From the NCBI GenBank assembly GCA_963764165.1, contig CAVXRD010000001.1, positions 384,001-448,000 of the forward strand: a stretch of DNA of 64,000 bases. The letters run 5' to 3'. Positions within the stretch are counted from its first letter, which is position 1, and each line of letters begins with the position of its first letter. A model generated the notes under the pieces. It had not been told where the DNA came from, did no database searches, and worked only from the letters and a program-made list of their open reading frames with translations. The position numbers were made by a program, and so were the translations under genes. The DNA comes from an uncultured Verrucomicrobiae bacterium (GTDB lineage: Bacteria; Verrucomicrobiota; Verrucomicrobiia; Limisphaerales; Palsa-1400). This document shows, one piece after another, positions 16,717 to 27,500 of this stretch.

Positions 16717-18027
16717 TTATTTCTTGCCGAAACAGTAGAGGTGGGCGGATGTGCGGATGAACAACCGCCCTTCGGCAGCGGCAATGGTGGCGTGAGTGCG
16801 GCCTTCATCTCCCAAATCTCCTTCGCTTAACGCAGCCGTGCAGAGGACTTTCCCGTCTTCCGCTGACATGACGACCGCCGTGCCAAACTCACTTAAGCAA
16901 TAAAGTTTGCCGTCGGCTCCCGTCGGCGAGGCGCGAAAAATCTCCCTTACTCCCAGCGATTGCTTCCATTTGACCACGCCACTCGACGGCTCCACGCAGA
17001 ACATCGTCTGTTTGTCACCGTCCAGGACATAGAGTTGCTTTTTGTAATAAAGCGGCGTCGGGCAATCTGTGGTGAATTCCTTGGACGACCATGCTAATTC
17101 AGAGGTGGATACATCTCCCTTGCCACACTGGCGGTAGGCGAGGAACGGATTTCGCTTTGGCCCGCAAATGAATATCATTCCATCGGCCACCAGCGGCGAA
17201 GGCACAAGCCGCGACGTTGAGGGTTCGCGCAGATTTACAATGCCCCCGCCCCGCCAAATTTCCTCGCCGGTGGCCGCATCTTCGCCGGTCAGGTAATTGC
17301 CGCCCGCAACCACAATCTGCGCCTTGCCATCGCATTCGCTGGGAATCGGGGTGGAATACGCTTCCTGCGACTCGTTGAGGGCGTCGGTTTTGCGCTCATG
17401 CTTCCAGACGTTCTCACCAGTGGCCGGATCCATACAAAGTATGAATGACTCAGCCCCGCGCCGCAGCACCTCCACGTAGAGATGGTTTTTGTAAAGCAGC
17501 GGCGTGCAACCGTAAAGCCACTGAATCGAGAACGGCCCGAATTCCTTGGTCAAATGGCGCTCCCAAAGTTTCTTCCCGCTGAAATCGTAGGCGGCCATGT
17601 CTCCGGTCCCGAACATCGTCCAGACCGTTTTGCCGTCGGTGATTGGCGAAGGCGACGCGAGATTATTGCGGGTTTTGGCGCGGTTTCCCGTGCTGGCTTG
17701 CTGCTGCCAGCGGATTTTGCCGGAGTCGCGATCCAGGCACATGAGAACAAGATTCCCGTCCGCATCCGGACTGTTGACAAAAACAGAATCGTTCCAGACG
17801 ATCGGCGTTGCGTGCGCCTGGCCAGGCAGCGGCGTCGACCAGAACAAGTTGTTTGTTTTGCTGAACGTGTCGGGCAGGTTTGCCTCGGTAGTGGAGCCGT
17901 CAAGGGATGGCCCGCGCCATTGCGGCCAGTTTTCGCCCATCGACGAAGTTGCCGCTCCACACCAGCACGCCACAGCGATGGCGTTCAAACTGCCCCAGGA
18001 AATTCTCATACCGCGTGGCCACATCAT
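16717..18027 (-). CDS. PQQ-like beta-propeller repeat protein
   Basis: Signal peptide, NWPQWRGP start, repeated SP...D..G...W motifs, ends LYCFG. Confidence 0.9.
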   Translation of the reverse strand: MMWPRGMRISWGSLNAIAVACWCGAATSSMGENWPQWRGPSLDGSTTEANLPDTFSKTNNLFWSTPLPGQAHATPIVWNDSVFVNSPDADGNLVLMCLDRDSGKIRWQQQASTGNRAKTRNNLASPSPITDGKTVWTMFGTGDMAAYDFSGKKLWERHLTKEFGPFSIQWLYGCTPLLYKNHLYVEVLRRGAESFILCMDPATGENVWKHERKTDALNESQEAYSTPIPSECDGKAQIVVAGGNYLTGEDAATGEEIWRGGGIVNLREPSTSRLVPSPLVADGMIFICGPKRNPFLAYRQCGKGDVSTSELAWSSKEFTTDCPTPLYYKKQLYVLDGDKQTMFCVEPSSGVVKWKQSLGVREIFRASPTGADGKLYCLSEFGTAVVMSAEDGKVLCTAALSEGDLGDEGRTHATIAAAEGRLFIRTSAHLYCFGKK

Positions 18028-18423
18028 CTACAAAATTCCGAGACAGGCAACCAAAATCCAGAGGCATGCATGCCACAAACCACCTTCGGCCGAGCGGTGA
18101 GTTTGGAAACTTGCCCGGCACGTGCAATTCAATTACACTCGCCCGGATGGATAAGGCGCCTGAGTCTTGAAGTGGCACTGCGCATTGTGGCGCCAGCTTG
18201 ATCTGGCGAAGAATGCCTTTCGAGAATTCCACTCGCAATGCTTTTGGTCGCATCGCGAAGACGCGGAAATAACAAAGAAAATCCCGTTCATCTCCCTGGC
18301 CTGCGCGAAAATGGCGGATTGGCAGGCTGGCAGGCCGCAGCCACCTGCCGCCGCCCGGGGGCTGCCGGGCAGCAGGCGCTGCGGCTGCCGGGGGCAAATC
18401 TAAATTCCGCCAGCGGAGCCATT

Positions 18424-18996
18424 ATGAAAAAAAAGAATCCAAAACCAGCGGAATGCTATTCGGCGTTCCTGCGGGGCATCAACGTCGGCGGCAACAAAAT
18501 CATCAAGATGGCCGATGTCAAAAAAGCCTTCGAATCGATGGGTTTTGACGGCGTCGAAACTGTCGGCGCAAGCGGCAATATTCTCTTTTCCGGGGAACCG
18601 ATGGATGCCGCGACAATGGCCAAGCGCCTCGAAGACGGCCTGCGCGAGAAACTGGCGGCGACAAGCTCCATCATCGTGCGAACCTGCGCAGCCCTCCGCC
18701 AAATGATCGCTGCCGAGCCATTTAAAAAAATCAAAGTCACGCCAGACACGCGCCTCTACGTCACCTTCTTCAACGCCGCTCCAGTCTCCAAAAACAAAAT
18801 CGCCATCCCCTACCGCTCCCCGGACAAAATCTTCGAACTCCTAAGCCTCACCGGTTGCGAACTCTATTCCGTGGTCGACCTCAGCACCGGCGGCAGCACA
18901 CTAGACGCAATGGGGCTCATCGAAAAAGAATTCGGCAAAGCCGGCACCACGCGCAACTGGAATACGGTTCAGAAACTAGTCGTCAAAGCTGGCTAG
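18424..18996 (+). CDS. DUF1697 family protein
   Basis: AFLRGINVGGNK..KM, SGN, T.RNWNTV. Confidence 0.9.
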   Translation: MKKKNPKPAECYSAFLRGINVGGNKIIKMADVKKAFESMGFDGVETVGASGNILFSGEPMDAATMAKRLEDGLREKLAATSSIIVRTCAALRQMIAAEPFKKIKVTPDTRLYVTFFNAAPVSKNKIAIPYRSPDKIFELLSLTGCELYSVVDLSTGGSTLDAMGLIEKEFGKAGTTRNWNTVQKLVVKAG

Positions 18997-19125
18997 CATA
19001 CTTGCAAAACGCAGTTTTGGGACTCGCCCTTAAAAGGAGCCAATTGATCCGTGCTGGTAAATTCCTTGCAACAAGGCAATGAAGAACACGAAGAAATTTG
19101 TCTCGCACGCGCTCCGCGGAGTCGA

Positions 19126-19542
19126 TCATATCATTCGCTGCGATTCTTCTCGATCCAAATCATAAATGATCTGGAATTCGATGGCTCCATCTTTGACACC
19201 ATAGCCGCCGCTGCCAGTCATCCCGGCCAAATCTCCGGCGCCGGAACCTCTCAGCACCTTCCATGAACTCCGCGGCTCGCCCGCAAAAACGCCGTCGTGC
19301 TGAATGACAAAGCTGCCCTCTCTGCCGTCCAGCGTGCCGGTGATGCGTTCAAAGCCGATGAAGTGCGTGGCGCCATCTGCGCCCGCGCACATCAAAAATT
19401 CCGCCACGCCCTCGCCTACGATTGCGCCAGTGTAAGAATGCACCGCTTTTGTGAGTGTCAATTTCGTTTCGCCTCCGATATCGCCGGAAGGCATGTCTTT
19501 CCAGTCTTTGATGGAAAAGGTGGATTTTGATGTGGTGCTCAT
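19126..19542 (-). CDS. DUF3224 family protein
   Basis: F.G.ER..GTLDGREGSFVIQH.G, GSGAGDLAG.TG. Confidence 0.85.
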   Translation of the reverse strand: MSTTSKSTFSIKDWKDMPSGDIGGETKLTLTKAVHSYTGAIVGEGVAEFLMCAGADGATHFIGFERITGTLDGREGSFVIQHDGVFAGEPRSSWKVLRGSGAGDLAGMTGSGGYGVKDGAIEFQIIYDLDREESQRMI

Positions 19543-19792
19543 AGTCGCAAAAAAGCGCATCGTGCCCGGCCAGCGAAGCCGAGTCAATCGTGGCGCGCCA
19601 GGCTGGCCGGGCCAGCGGGTTGCATCGGCCCGCCGTTGCACACGAGATCTTCCGCGGCTTGGCGTCCTTGCGCCCTTGCGTTGAAGCGGCAGCGGTCTTT
19701 GAAGGTCAGGCTGTTTCAGCACAGCAAACCACCGACAATCTTTCGCAAGCCGCCGTTAGCGGAACAAAATCATTTCAACTACAACTGGGCGC

Positions 19793-20599
19793 ATGAAAAT
19801 GAAACGTGGATTCACTTTGATTGAGCTGCTGGTGGTCATTGCCATCATCGCCATTCTCGCCGCTATGCTTCTGCCCTCGCTGGCTAAGGCCAAGGAACAG
19901 GCCAACCGCACCGCTTGTCTCAGCAACCTCAAGCAATGGGGCTTGGCGCTGGACATGTATTTGGATGATTACAGCCAGGTTTTTCCCGATTTCAGCATTC
20001 CCAATAACACGCCTGAAGCTCCCAGCGGCTACGATCAGGACAATCTCCATTGGAGCGACCTCGCCATTTTTGCCGCCGAGGGATACGGAAACGCCGCCTG
20101 GTTCAACGCCCTGCCGCCATATGTGTCACAGCAAGCGCTTTGGCAATACTCGGCCAACCCCACCAACTTTGTGGATGGCCGCAGCATTTTCAATTGTCCC
20201 ACCGCTCGCTTCCTGGCCGGTGAAGTTGCTCCGTTAAATCGCGTGGCTTTCAGTTATGGCATCAATTTCAAAGGCACCAACGGATTGGTTCCCGCGAGTT
20301 CCCCCTTCAAGGCCAGCGCGGTGCTGCACCCGTCGGCATTTGTCTTTTATTCAGACGTTCGGGCCAATTCCGGTGAAACACCATTTTATGGCGCGAATCC
20401 GCTCAACGATCTGGGGGCTGCGCGCGGATCGCTCAACCACCTCTCCTCGCGTCATGATTCCGGGGCAAATCTCACTTTCCTTGACGGCCACTCGGCTTAT
20501 TTCAAATATTCGTACATGGCCTACCAGAAAGGCACCAAGATTGGCGATCCCGGCCGGTCGGACATCAATTGGTCTTACGACGGCACGCCTTCGCAATAA
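19793..20599 (+). CDS. Prepilin-type N-terminal cleavage/methylation protein with H-X9-DG C-terminal motif
   Basis: [44 protein letters not shown]. Confidence 0.93.
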   Translation: MKMKRGFTLIELLVVIAIIAILAAMLLPSLAKAKEQANRTACLSNLKQWGLALDMYLDDYSQVFPDFSIPNNTPEAPSGYDQDNLHWSDLAIFAAEGYGNAAWFNALPPYVSQQALWQYSANPTNFVDGRSIFNCPTARFLAGEVAPLNRVAFSYGINFKGTNGLVPASSPFKASAVLHPSAFVFYSDVRANSGETPFYGANPLNDLGAARGSLNHLSSRHDSGANLTFLDGHSAYFKYSYMAYQKGTKIGDPGRSDINWSYDGTPSQ

Positions 20600-20919
20600 T
20601 ACGGAAAAGCAGATTTCAGGAAAATGTTTAGAGCCTAAAGGCAAAACGGCCCGATTTCTGCTTACCGCGTGGGTTCGTAAACATGAGCAGAATTTGCCTG
20701 ATGAAGAACCCAAAGACTATCCTTGCCACAACCTAGGGGATTGGCCTATATAGTGCAGCGATCCTTTATAATGTCATTGTCCAACAAACCGCAACCAAGG
20801 CAGAACAGGGTAAAGCCGGAAACCGAAGACGCCGATAATCGCGGTGGCCGCAGAGAGCCGTCGCAAGTTATCGCCCTAGGGCATGTTTGGCGGCCCAGGC
20901 AGAGCCGGCGCAACTGACT

Positions 20920-21591
20920 ATGCCCATACGAATCAACCTATTGGCTGAGGACCAAGCCGCTGAAGAGATGCGGCGCAAGAATCCGGTCAAGCTTGGCATT
21001 TGGATTGGGAGTTTCATGGTCTTTATCATGTTGCTTTGGATTTTCAAACTCCACATCGACATCCATTTCAGCCAGCAGAGCTACAAACTTTACGATGACA
21101 GTTGGAAAGCCGCAGCCGCCAAGTATGGCAGCGTCACGAATAACAATGCGAAAATCAGCGACGCGGACATCAGGCTCAACGCCCTGGACCGGCTTGCCAC
21201 CAATCGCTTTTATTGGGCATCCGTGCTGAACGCGCTTCAGCAGACGATGATCAAGGACATCCAGATCACCAGGATTACCGGTGTCCAAAAGTACACGAAG
21301 GAAGACCCTCGGACCATCGGCTCAGGACCGACCGCAAAAAAGATTCCGGGCAGCATGACGGAGGCGGTGAGCATTTATATCGATGGAAAGGATTACAATC
21401 CCGCCGCCCAGAATTACGACAAATTCAAGGAAACGCTTTGCAATTACGGCTTCTTCGTAAAAGGCCTCGGCCGCCGCGATGGATTCGTGCTGGAGACCGT
21501 AAGCTCACCGAGCGCCGACGCGTCAGACCCCAGCCGGCAATACGCCGTCTTCAAGTTGGTCAGCCGCTATCCTGAGGTGCGCCGTGAATAA
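20920..21591 (+). CDS. PilN-like membrane protein
   Basis: RINLL N-terminal motif, single TM, coiled coil, W..VL..L; first gene of secretin operon. Confidence 0.75.
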   Translation: MPIRINLLAEDQAAEEMRRKNPVKLGIWIGSFMVFIMLLWIFKLHIDIHFSQQSYKLYDDSWKAAAAKYGSVTNNNAKISDADIRLNALDRLATNRFYWASVLNALQQTMIKDIQITRITGVQKYTKEDPRTIGSGPTAKKIPGSMTEAVSIYIDGKDYNPAAQNYDKFKETLCNYGFFVKGLGRRDGFVLETVSSPSADASDPSRQYAVFKLVSRYPEVRRE

Positions 21592-22168
21592 GCTGACCAA
21601 GGCGCAAAAGGACCAGCTGATCGGTGTCGTCATGGGAACGCTCGCGCTCGTCGGCCTGTTGTGGTATTTCGGAGTTGCTGCCGCGCAGGATGATCTGTCA
21701 AAAACCGAGCGGAACACTGCCCAAATGAAAGACACGCTGGACAAGGCCGAACGGCAAATCCGCATGGGGCCGGAAGTGGCGGAGGAATTGACCGCCCGGA
21801 CAAATCTGCTGGCCAAGAAAGAACTGCTCCTGGCGCCAGATCGCGATGCCTACGCCTGGATCATTGGCACGATGAATGAATTTCTCAAAAACCGGAAGGG
21901 CGTTAATCTCTCCAGTTATTCGAAGCCGGACGTCAGCGATTATGGCGTGATCCCAAACTTTCCTTACAAATGGGCGACGTTTCACCTGGGCGGGTCGGGT
22001 TACTATCAAGAACTGGGAAAATTCTTCGCCGACCTTGAGAATGGTTTTCCGGCGTTCAAAGTGGAAAACGTGGAAATCAGCGCCAACACCGTCGTCGGCG
22101 GGGAGGCTGAGAGGCTGAGCGTCCGCTTTGACCTTGTCGTGCCCATTAAACCGCCGGACACCAAGTGA
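21584..22168 (+). CDS. PilO/GspM-like membrane protein
   Basis: N-terminal TM, coiled coil, G.Y.ELGKFFADLEN; overlaps upstream gene. Confidence 0.75.
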   Translation: MNKLTKAQKDQLIGVVMGTLALVGLLWYFGVAAAQDDLSKTERNTAQMKDTLDKAERQIRMGPEVAEELTARTNLLAKKELLLAPDRDAYAWIIGTMNEFLKNRKGVNLSSYSKPDVSDYGVIPNFPYKWATFHLGGSGYYQELGKFFADLENGFPAFKVENVEISANTVVGGEAERLSVRFDLVVPIKPPDTK

Positions 22169-22674
22169 ACACGCGCGTTTTATTTTCCAGAGGTGTCCAG
22201 GCGGCTGCGGCTGGCGGATTGACTCTTTTGCTGTTCACGGCCTGCAAACCGGACGTAAAGCCCAGCGGGCCAGCCAAACCGCCGGCTTCAAAAACCAATG
22301 CCGTTGCCGCCACCAACATTGTGGCCACCAACCAATATGTCTCGGTGTTTCAGGATCTTTTGCCTCCCAAGGGACTCGACCCATTCTTTCCCGATTCGCA
22401 CCGGCGCGACCCCGCGGCCCCGGCAGCGGCGACGGCGGAAAAGCCACCACCCACGGCAAACATCTTGCTTAAGGGCGTGGTGGGGGCGGCGGCGCACCGG
22501 CTGGCCGTCATCGGCGGCGGTTTTAACAATTCGATTTTGGAAGCGGGCGAATCCGGCTCCGTGCGCGTCGCGGATGGGCAGATCCGTGTCAAATGCATCG
22601 AGGTCGGCGAGGATTATGCGCTCGTCCAAATCCAAGGCGAGAGCCAGACGAGAAAACTCCCGCTGAAGAAATGA
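22165..22674 (+). CDS. PilP/GspC-like lipoprotein
   Basis: FTAC lipobox, DPFFP, LKGVVG....LAVI beta domain; GTGA overlap. Confidence 0.65.
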   Translation: MNTRVLFSRGVQAAAAGGLTLLLFTACKPDVKPSGPAKPPASKTNAVAATNIVATNQYVSVFQDLLPPKGLDPFFPDSHRRDPAAPAAATAEKPPPTANILLKGVVGAAAHRLAVIGGGFNNSILEAGESGSVRVADGQIRVKCIEVGEDYALVQIQGESQTRKLPLKK

Positions 22675-22730
22675 TACTTAATTTTAATGATCCGTGATCC
22701 GCGTCAACCAATGCTGAGATTGTCAATGAT

Positions 22731-24536
22731 ATGAAAATCCAAAAAATCTTCGCGGTCATTCTGGCGGTGTCTGTCATTCAATTGGCGGCGCCAGCCCAAA
22801 TCCCGAACCCGGGCCAGCCTCCAGTGCCGGAGCAGCCGATGAGTCCAAATGGCCCGCAGCCAAACTCCACGAACGCTCCCGCGCCGGAACCCCTGCCAAC
22901 GCCACTTCCCGATGGGCGCACCGTGTCCTATAGCCGCCTTGTCGGCCCGGATCCCAACGTTTCCAATAACGTGCCGATATACGAGGATGTCGCCACGGAC
23001 GTAAATCTGCCGGACGTGGAACTGCCGGATGCCATTCGCTCGATGGCGCAGCAAGCCCATTTGAATATTGATTTTGACCCGACCCTTCTGACGGCGCCCG
23101 ACGGGCACCCGATTCCTCCGCCGCATGTGACCGCGAAGTGGAAGGATTTGACCGCGATGCAGGCACTCCAGGCTTTGCTGGACAACAACGGCTGGCAGAT
23201 GAATTGGAATCCGCGCACCAAGGTCGCCCGCATCACGAAGCGCGACGCCGCCGCAAAGGAACCCATGATCATTAACGTCGTTCCTCTCTCTTACGGCAGC
23301 CCGACCAACATCCTCAAGGAAGTCGAGTCGACACTTTCCTCTGGAAGCTCGATCGTGGCCGACATGCGCACCCACCAGCTCATCATCCGCACGACAGAAA
23401 AGGAATTGGACGGCATCACGGCGTTGATCAAGAAACTCGACACTCCGACCCGCGAAGTGCTGGTGGAAGCGCGCATTATTCAAACCAGCAAAGACATCAC
23501 TTCAGCCAAGGGCGTTGACTGGACTGGCACCCTTGCGTCGCAACATGTGAGCTTCGGAAACGGCCTGACGCAGGGAACATCGGTCAGCGCCGGGCAGTCC
23601 ACAACAGGCGCGGGAACTGTGATACCAGAGACGAGCACAGTTTCCCCGAGCGGCTCACCCATCACTTCCACCGGCACCACCACCTCGCCGCTGGGCAATG
23701 TCTCCAGCAATGTCACCAGCTTTACCTCCACGATTCTCGGCTCGCCGTCGCAAGGCGGCGGTTTTTCCATGAACACGGCGCGTGGATTCAGCCCCGCAAC
23801 GGCGTTCCTGAACGCGGACGGTGTCCAGGCGGTTCTCTCCTTCCTGAACACGGATAGCGATACAAAAACCATCGCTTTCCCCCGCACCGTCGCGCTGGAT
23901 GGCGTGCCGACGGAATTGGCCGTTGTGCAAAACATTCCAGTTTTCATCCAGCAGCAAAGCGCGCCCGCCGGCGGTTCCGCCTCGGGACTGGCCACCATTG
24001 CGCCGAGGTACGATCTCATGGTGCAGGGGACGATCCTCAACGAAGTGGGTGTCAAACTGAAAGTCATCCCGCGCATCGCGGGCCCGACGAACGTGCTGCT
24101 GGATCTCTCCCCGGAACTCTCGGAGCAGGATGGCACAGTGACAGAGACACTGAACGGCCAGCCCAACCAGGCGCCCATCTTCCAGCGCAGCCGCATTACC
24201 ACACAGGCGTCCGTCCCCAGCGGCTACACGCTGGTTCTCGGCGGCATGGACGAGGATACGGTAAACAAGGTGCAGACCAAGGTGCCGTTCTTTGGCGACA
24301 TCCCGATTTTTGGAAACCTCTTCCGCAGCAACAGCAAGGGCCACACAGCCCAAAACACACTCATTTTCGTGACGCCGACCATTGTGACCGATTCCGATTA
24401 TCAACGTTCTTACAGCCAGTTCCTGCAGCGCCGTCCGGAGTCGGCGGCCAGTTTCAAGGAATCAGCGTGGGACTCGGCCCAGCCGTATGACTGGACCAAA
24501 CCGAAACCAAAAGTGGCGCCTGATTATCAGCCGTAA
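22731..24536 (+). CDS. Secretin (GspD/PilQ family)
   Basis: D.RT.QLII, LD.P.REVLVEARI, GVDW, VGVKLKVIP, TLVLGG, KVPFFGDIPIFGNLFRS, LIFVTP. Confidence 0.93.
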   Translation: MKIQKIFAVILAVSVIQLAAPAQIPNPGQPPVPEQPMSPNGPQPNSTNAPAPEPLPTPLPDGRTVSYSRLVGPDPNVSNNVPIYEDVATDVNLPDVELPDAIRSMAQQAHLNIDFDPTLLTAPDGHPIPPPHVTAKWKDLTAMQALQALLDNNGWQMNWNPRTKVARITKRDAAAKEPMIINVVPLSYGSPTNILKEVESTLSSGSSIVADMRTHQLIIRTTEKELDGITALIKKLDTPTREVLVEARIIQTSKDITSAKGVDWTGTLASQHVSFGNGLTQGTSVSAGQSTTGAGTVIPETSTVSPSGSPITSTGTTTSPLGNVSSNVTSFTSTILGSPSQGGGFSMNTARGFSPATAFLNADGVQAVLSFLNTDSDTKTIAFPRTVALDGVPTELAVVQNIPVFIQQQSAPAGGSASGLATIAPRYDLMVQGTILNEVGVKLKVIPRIAGPTNVLLDLSPELSEQDGTVTETLNGQPNQAPIFQRSRITTQASVPSGYTLVLGGMDEDTVNKVQTKVPFFGDIPIFGNLFRSNSKGHTAQNTLIFVTPTIVTDSDYQRSYSQFLQRRPESAASFKESAWDSAQPYDWTKPKPKVAPDYQP

Positions 24537-24554
24537 ACACCCTTTGCCTGCCCT

Positions 24555-27500
24555 ATGAGTTTAATTGCAAAAAAGAAATTGGGGCGCGATGGATCGCAAC
24601 GCTGGGCTGGCCTGGCCCTGGCGTGGCTGCTCGCGCTATCCGCTGGCCCTGCCGCCCGGGCGCAAGTGACGGTGGACACGATCGGCGGCGGTGTCCGTGT
24701 CGAGTGCGGCTCTTCCTCTGGCTTCGCGGGTGGGAACACCTGGTCGGCCGCGCAATTCAACGATCCCGTTTCGTGCGCCCTTGACACCAACGGCAACCTT
24801 TGGATTGCGGACCACAACAATTCCGATATCGAGGAAATCACCCAGGCTGGCAATAAATCGAGCAGCGTCACTTACCAAATCAAGGTCAACTCGAATTCCC
24901 ACTGGTTTACCAATGTCGTTTCCGTGGCAATCGACCCGGCGGATAATTTGTATGCGATGCTGCCGTCGCCGCCGACGGTTGTGAAAGTAACCCTGGCCAC
25001 TGCCCCCTCCTCGTTGAATATTCTCGGTTACCTGAAATTCTCCAACATCCCGTCAGGCACCGTTGCTTCAGCCATGACAGTGGACGGAAGCTCGAACGTC
25101 TTCATCGCCTTTACCAACGGGGTGATCGTCAAGTTCCAGATGCTGGACAATTCCCACCCGCCCACCACCAATATTGTCAGCTACGGCGGAGGCCTCTCGC
25201 CCGCCCTGCATTTCATTGTCAGCAACGGATTCGCATGGAATCCGGCCGGGCTGGCCCTCATGGCCGACGGGAAGCTTGCGGTCAGCGACAAGGAAAACAA
25301 CGCCATCTGGGTTGTTTCAACAAATGACTACACCGCAAATCCGGGTCCTCAATTGCTGGTGGGCGCAAACGGGGCGGGGTTCGACGATGGCAGTCCGGCT
25401 TTCGCCAAATTGGACCAGCCGAGCGGCCTTGCGGCAACTGCGGATGGCAGCTTGATTGTTTGCGACACGCAGAATAACCGCGTCCGCCTTATTGACAACC
25501 AGGCAAACACTACGACTCTTTATGGCACGCCGAGCAGTGAGTGGCCCGCGACATGTTGCACCTGCGACCCGACGCTTTACGCGGGCTGGGTTGACGGAGT
25601 TTCCGGCATCACGCCCACCAATGCAACCGGGCGGGCGCCTGTGAGCTGCGCGATTGGGACCAATGGCCAGCTTTTTGTCACCGAAAGTTATTACAGTCTC
25701 ATCCGTGAAGTAATCGGCACGACCTTTGCGCAAGTCAACTTGAGAGCATCGCTGCCCATCGCTTCAACACTGCCCGCTTCGGGCGTCTCTTCCACCAACG
25801 CAACTTTGATTGGGACAGTGAATCCAGGCGATGAGCCCACATATTATTTTTTCGAGTGGGGCACCAATGCCAGCTACGGGAGTTACACGGCCACCAATCT
25901 CATCTCCACGAGCCTCATGGCGAGCCAGACGGTGGGAATCGTAATCACGCAATTGTCGCCCGGCACAATTTACCATTTTCAGTTGGTCGCTTCCAACGGC
26001 CTGGGCTTCAGCTACGGCGGCGATCAAACGTTTGTCACACCGGCCGAGCCCGCCATCGTTTCGACTTTGCCAGCGTCAAGCGTCACTTCATCGACGGCGG
26101 TGTTAAACGCTTCGGTGAACCCGGAGTATTCCGTGACATCCGTTTATTTTCAGTGGGGAACGACGACCAACTTCGGCTTCACGTCCACTCCCATTACGCT
26201 GGCGTCGAACCTGGGGTCGTTTGAAGTGGTATCGCAAGCGATTGGAAATCTGCAGACCGGCACGATCTATTATTTCCAGGCCACCGCGTTTAACAGCGGC
26301 GGAACGACAGCCGGCAATATTCAAATTTTCAGCACGCCCTACGTCCCGCCGCCTACAGTGACTGTTTCGCCGAGCAACGGATATTATCCGAATTGTGTTA
26401 CGGTCACGGTCACGAGCACATCATCAAATGTCTATTACACAACGACCGGCGTGACCCCAACGACCAACAGCACGCAAGTGCCGGTGACGTTCAACGGATC
26501 GAACTATGTGGGCTTCATCGACTGGTGCAATTCGCAGGCGAATTTGAGCCAGTTGCAAATCCTGTCCGGCGCGGGCACAAATACAACGCTTGTTCAAGGA
26601 TCGCTTGGGAGCGCCAACCAGATCGGATTTCCGCAAGCCCTTTTCGCCGGGCCGGGGGAGCATCTGTATGTCCCGGTGGTGGCAGACCTTGTCTCGAACG
26701 CCACTCTTGAATCGCTTCAATTTCGCGCCGAGATAACTCCAACATTGCCGAACACCAACAAAGTTGCCTCGATCACGCTCCAGCCGCTCACAGACAATGA
26801 CCTCGTGCTGCTTCCCGGGCCCGCCCCGCTCGATGCGCCGGTATCCTTCACGACATATTCCTATTCGACAGCGACGAACGGATCCGGACTCGTTGTGACC
26901 GCCCCGGGCGGGAGTTCTGGATTGGATATGGCCGGGGCGGGTGTCGTCGTCATGCTGCATTTCCAGGTTCCCACGAACGCAACGGCGGGCGAGGTTTTTT
27001 CGCTCAATATTTTGGATGTATCAGGCACCTCCGACGGCCAGCAAACAGCCATCGCGATTTCGCCATTGCCAATTCAGACGCTGACGATCACAGATCCGCC
27101 ATACCTGGTCGGCGACTCTTCCCCCAGTTTGGGCTATAACGCGGGCCAATTCGGCAACGGTTCTCTCGACAACTCCGACGTCAACAATGCGATTTATGCC
27201 TCGGCCGGAATCCGCGTTCCGCCGACAGACAGTGATATTTTTGGAGCCATGGATGCATGGCCGCCGGATTCTGGCGGCGTCGGTGGCGACGGCCTCATCC
27301 GCCTGCTCGATTGGGAAACCATTCTTGCCCGCTCACTTGGTGGAATTCCGCTTTATCCCGGTTTGGACACGAATAACTACATCCGGTTTTGGACGAACGG
27401 CGATACCGGCAATCCGTCCCATCAAGTCGTCGATTGGTATCCGGGCGGACCGCCGGTTTCTTTAATAGCCTCGCGCGGGCTGCGCGGGCCGGGCCCGAAA

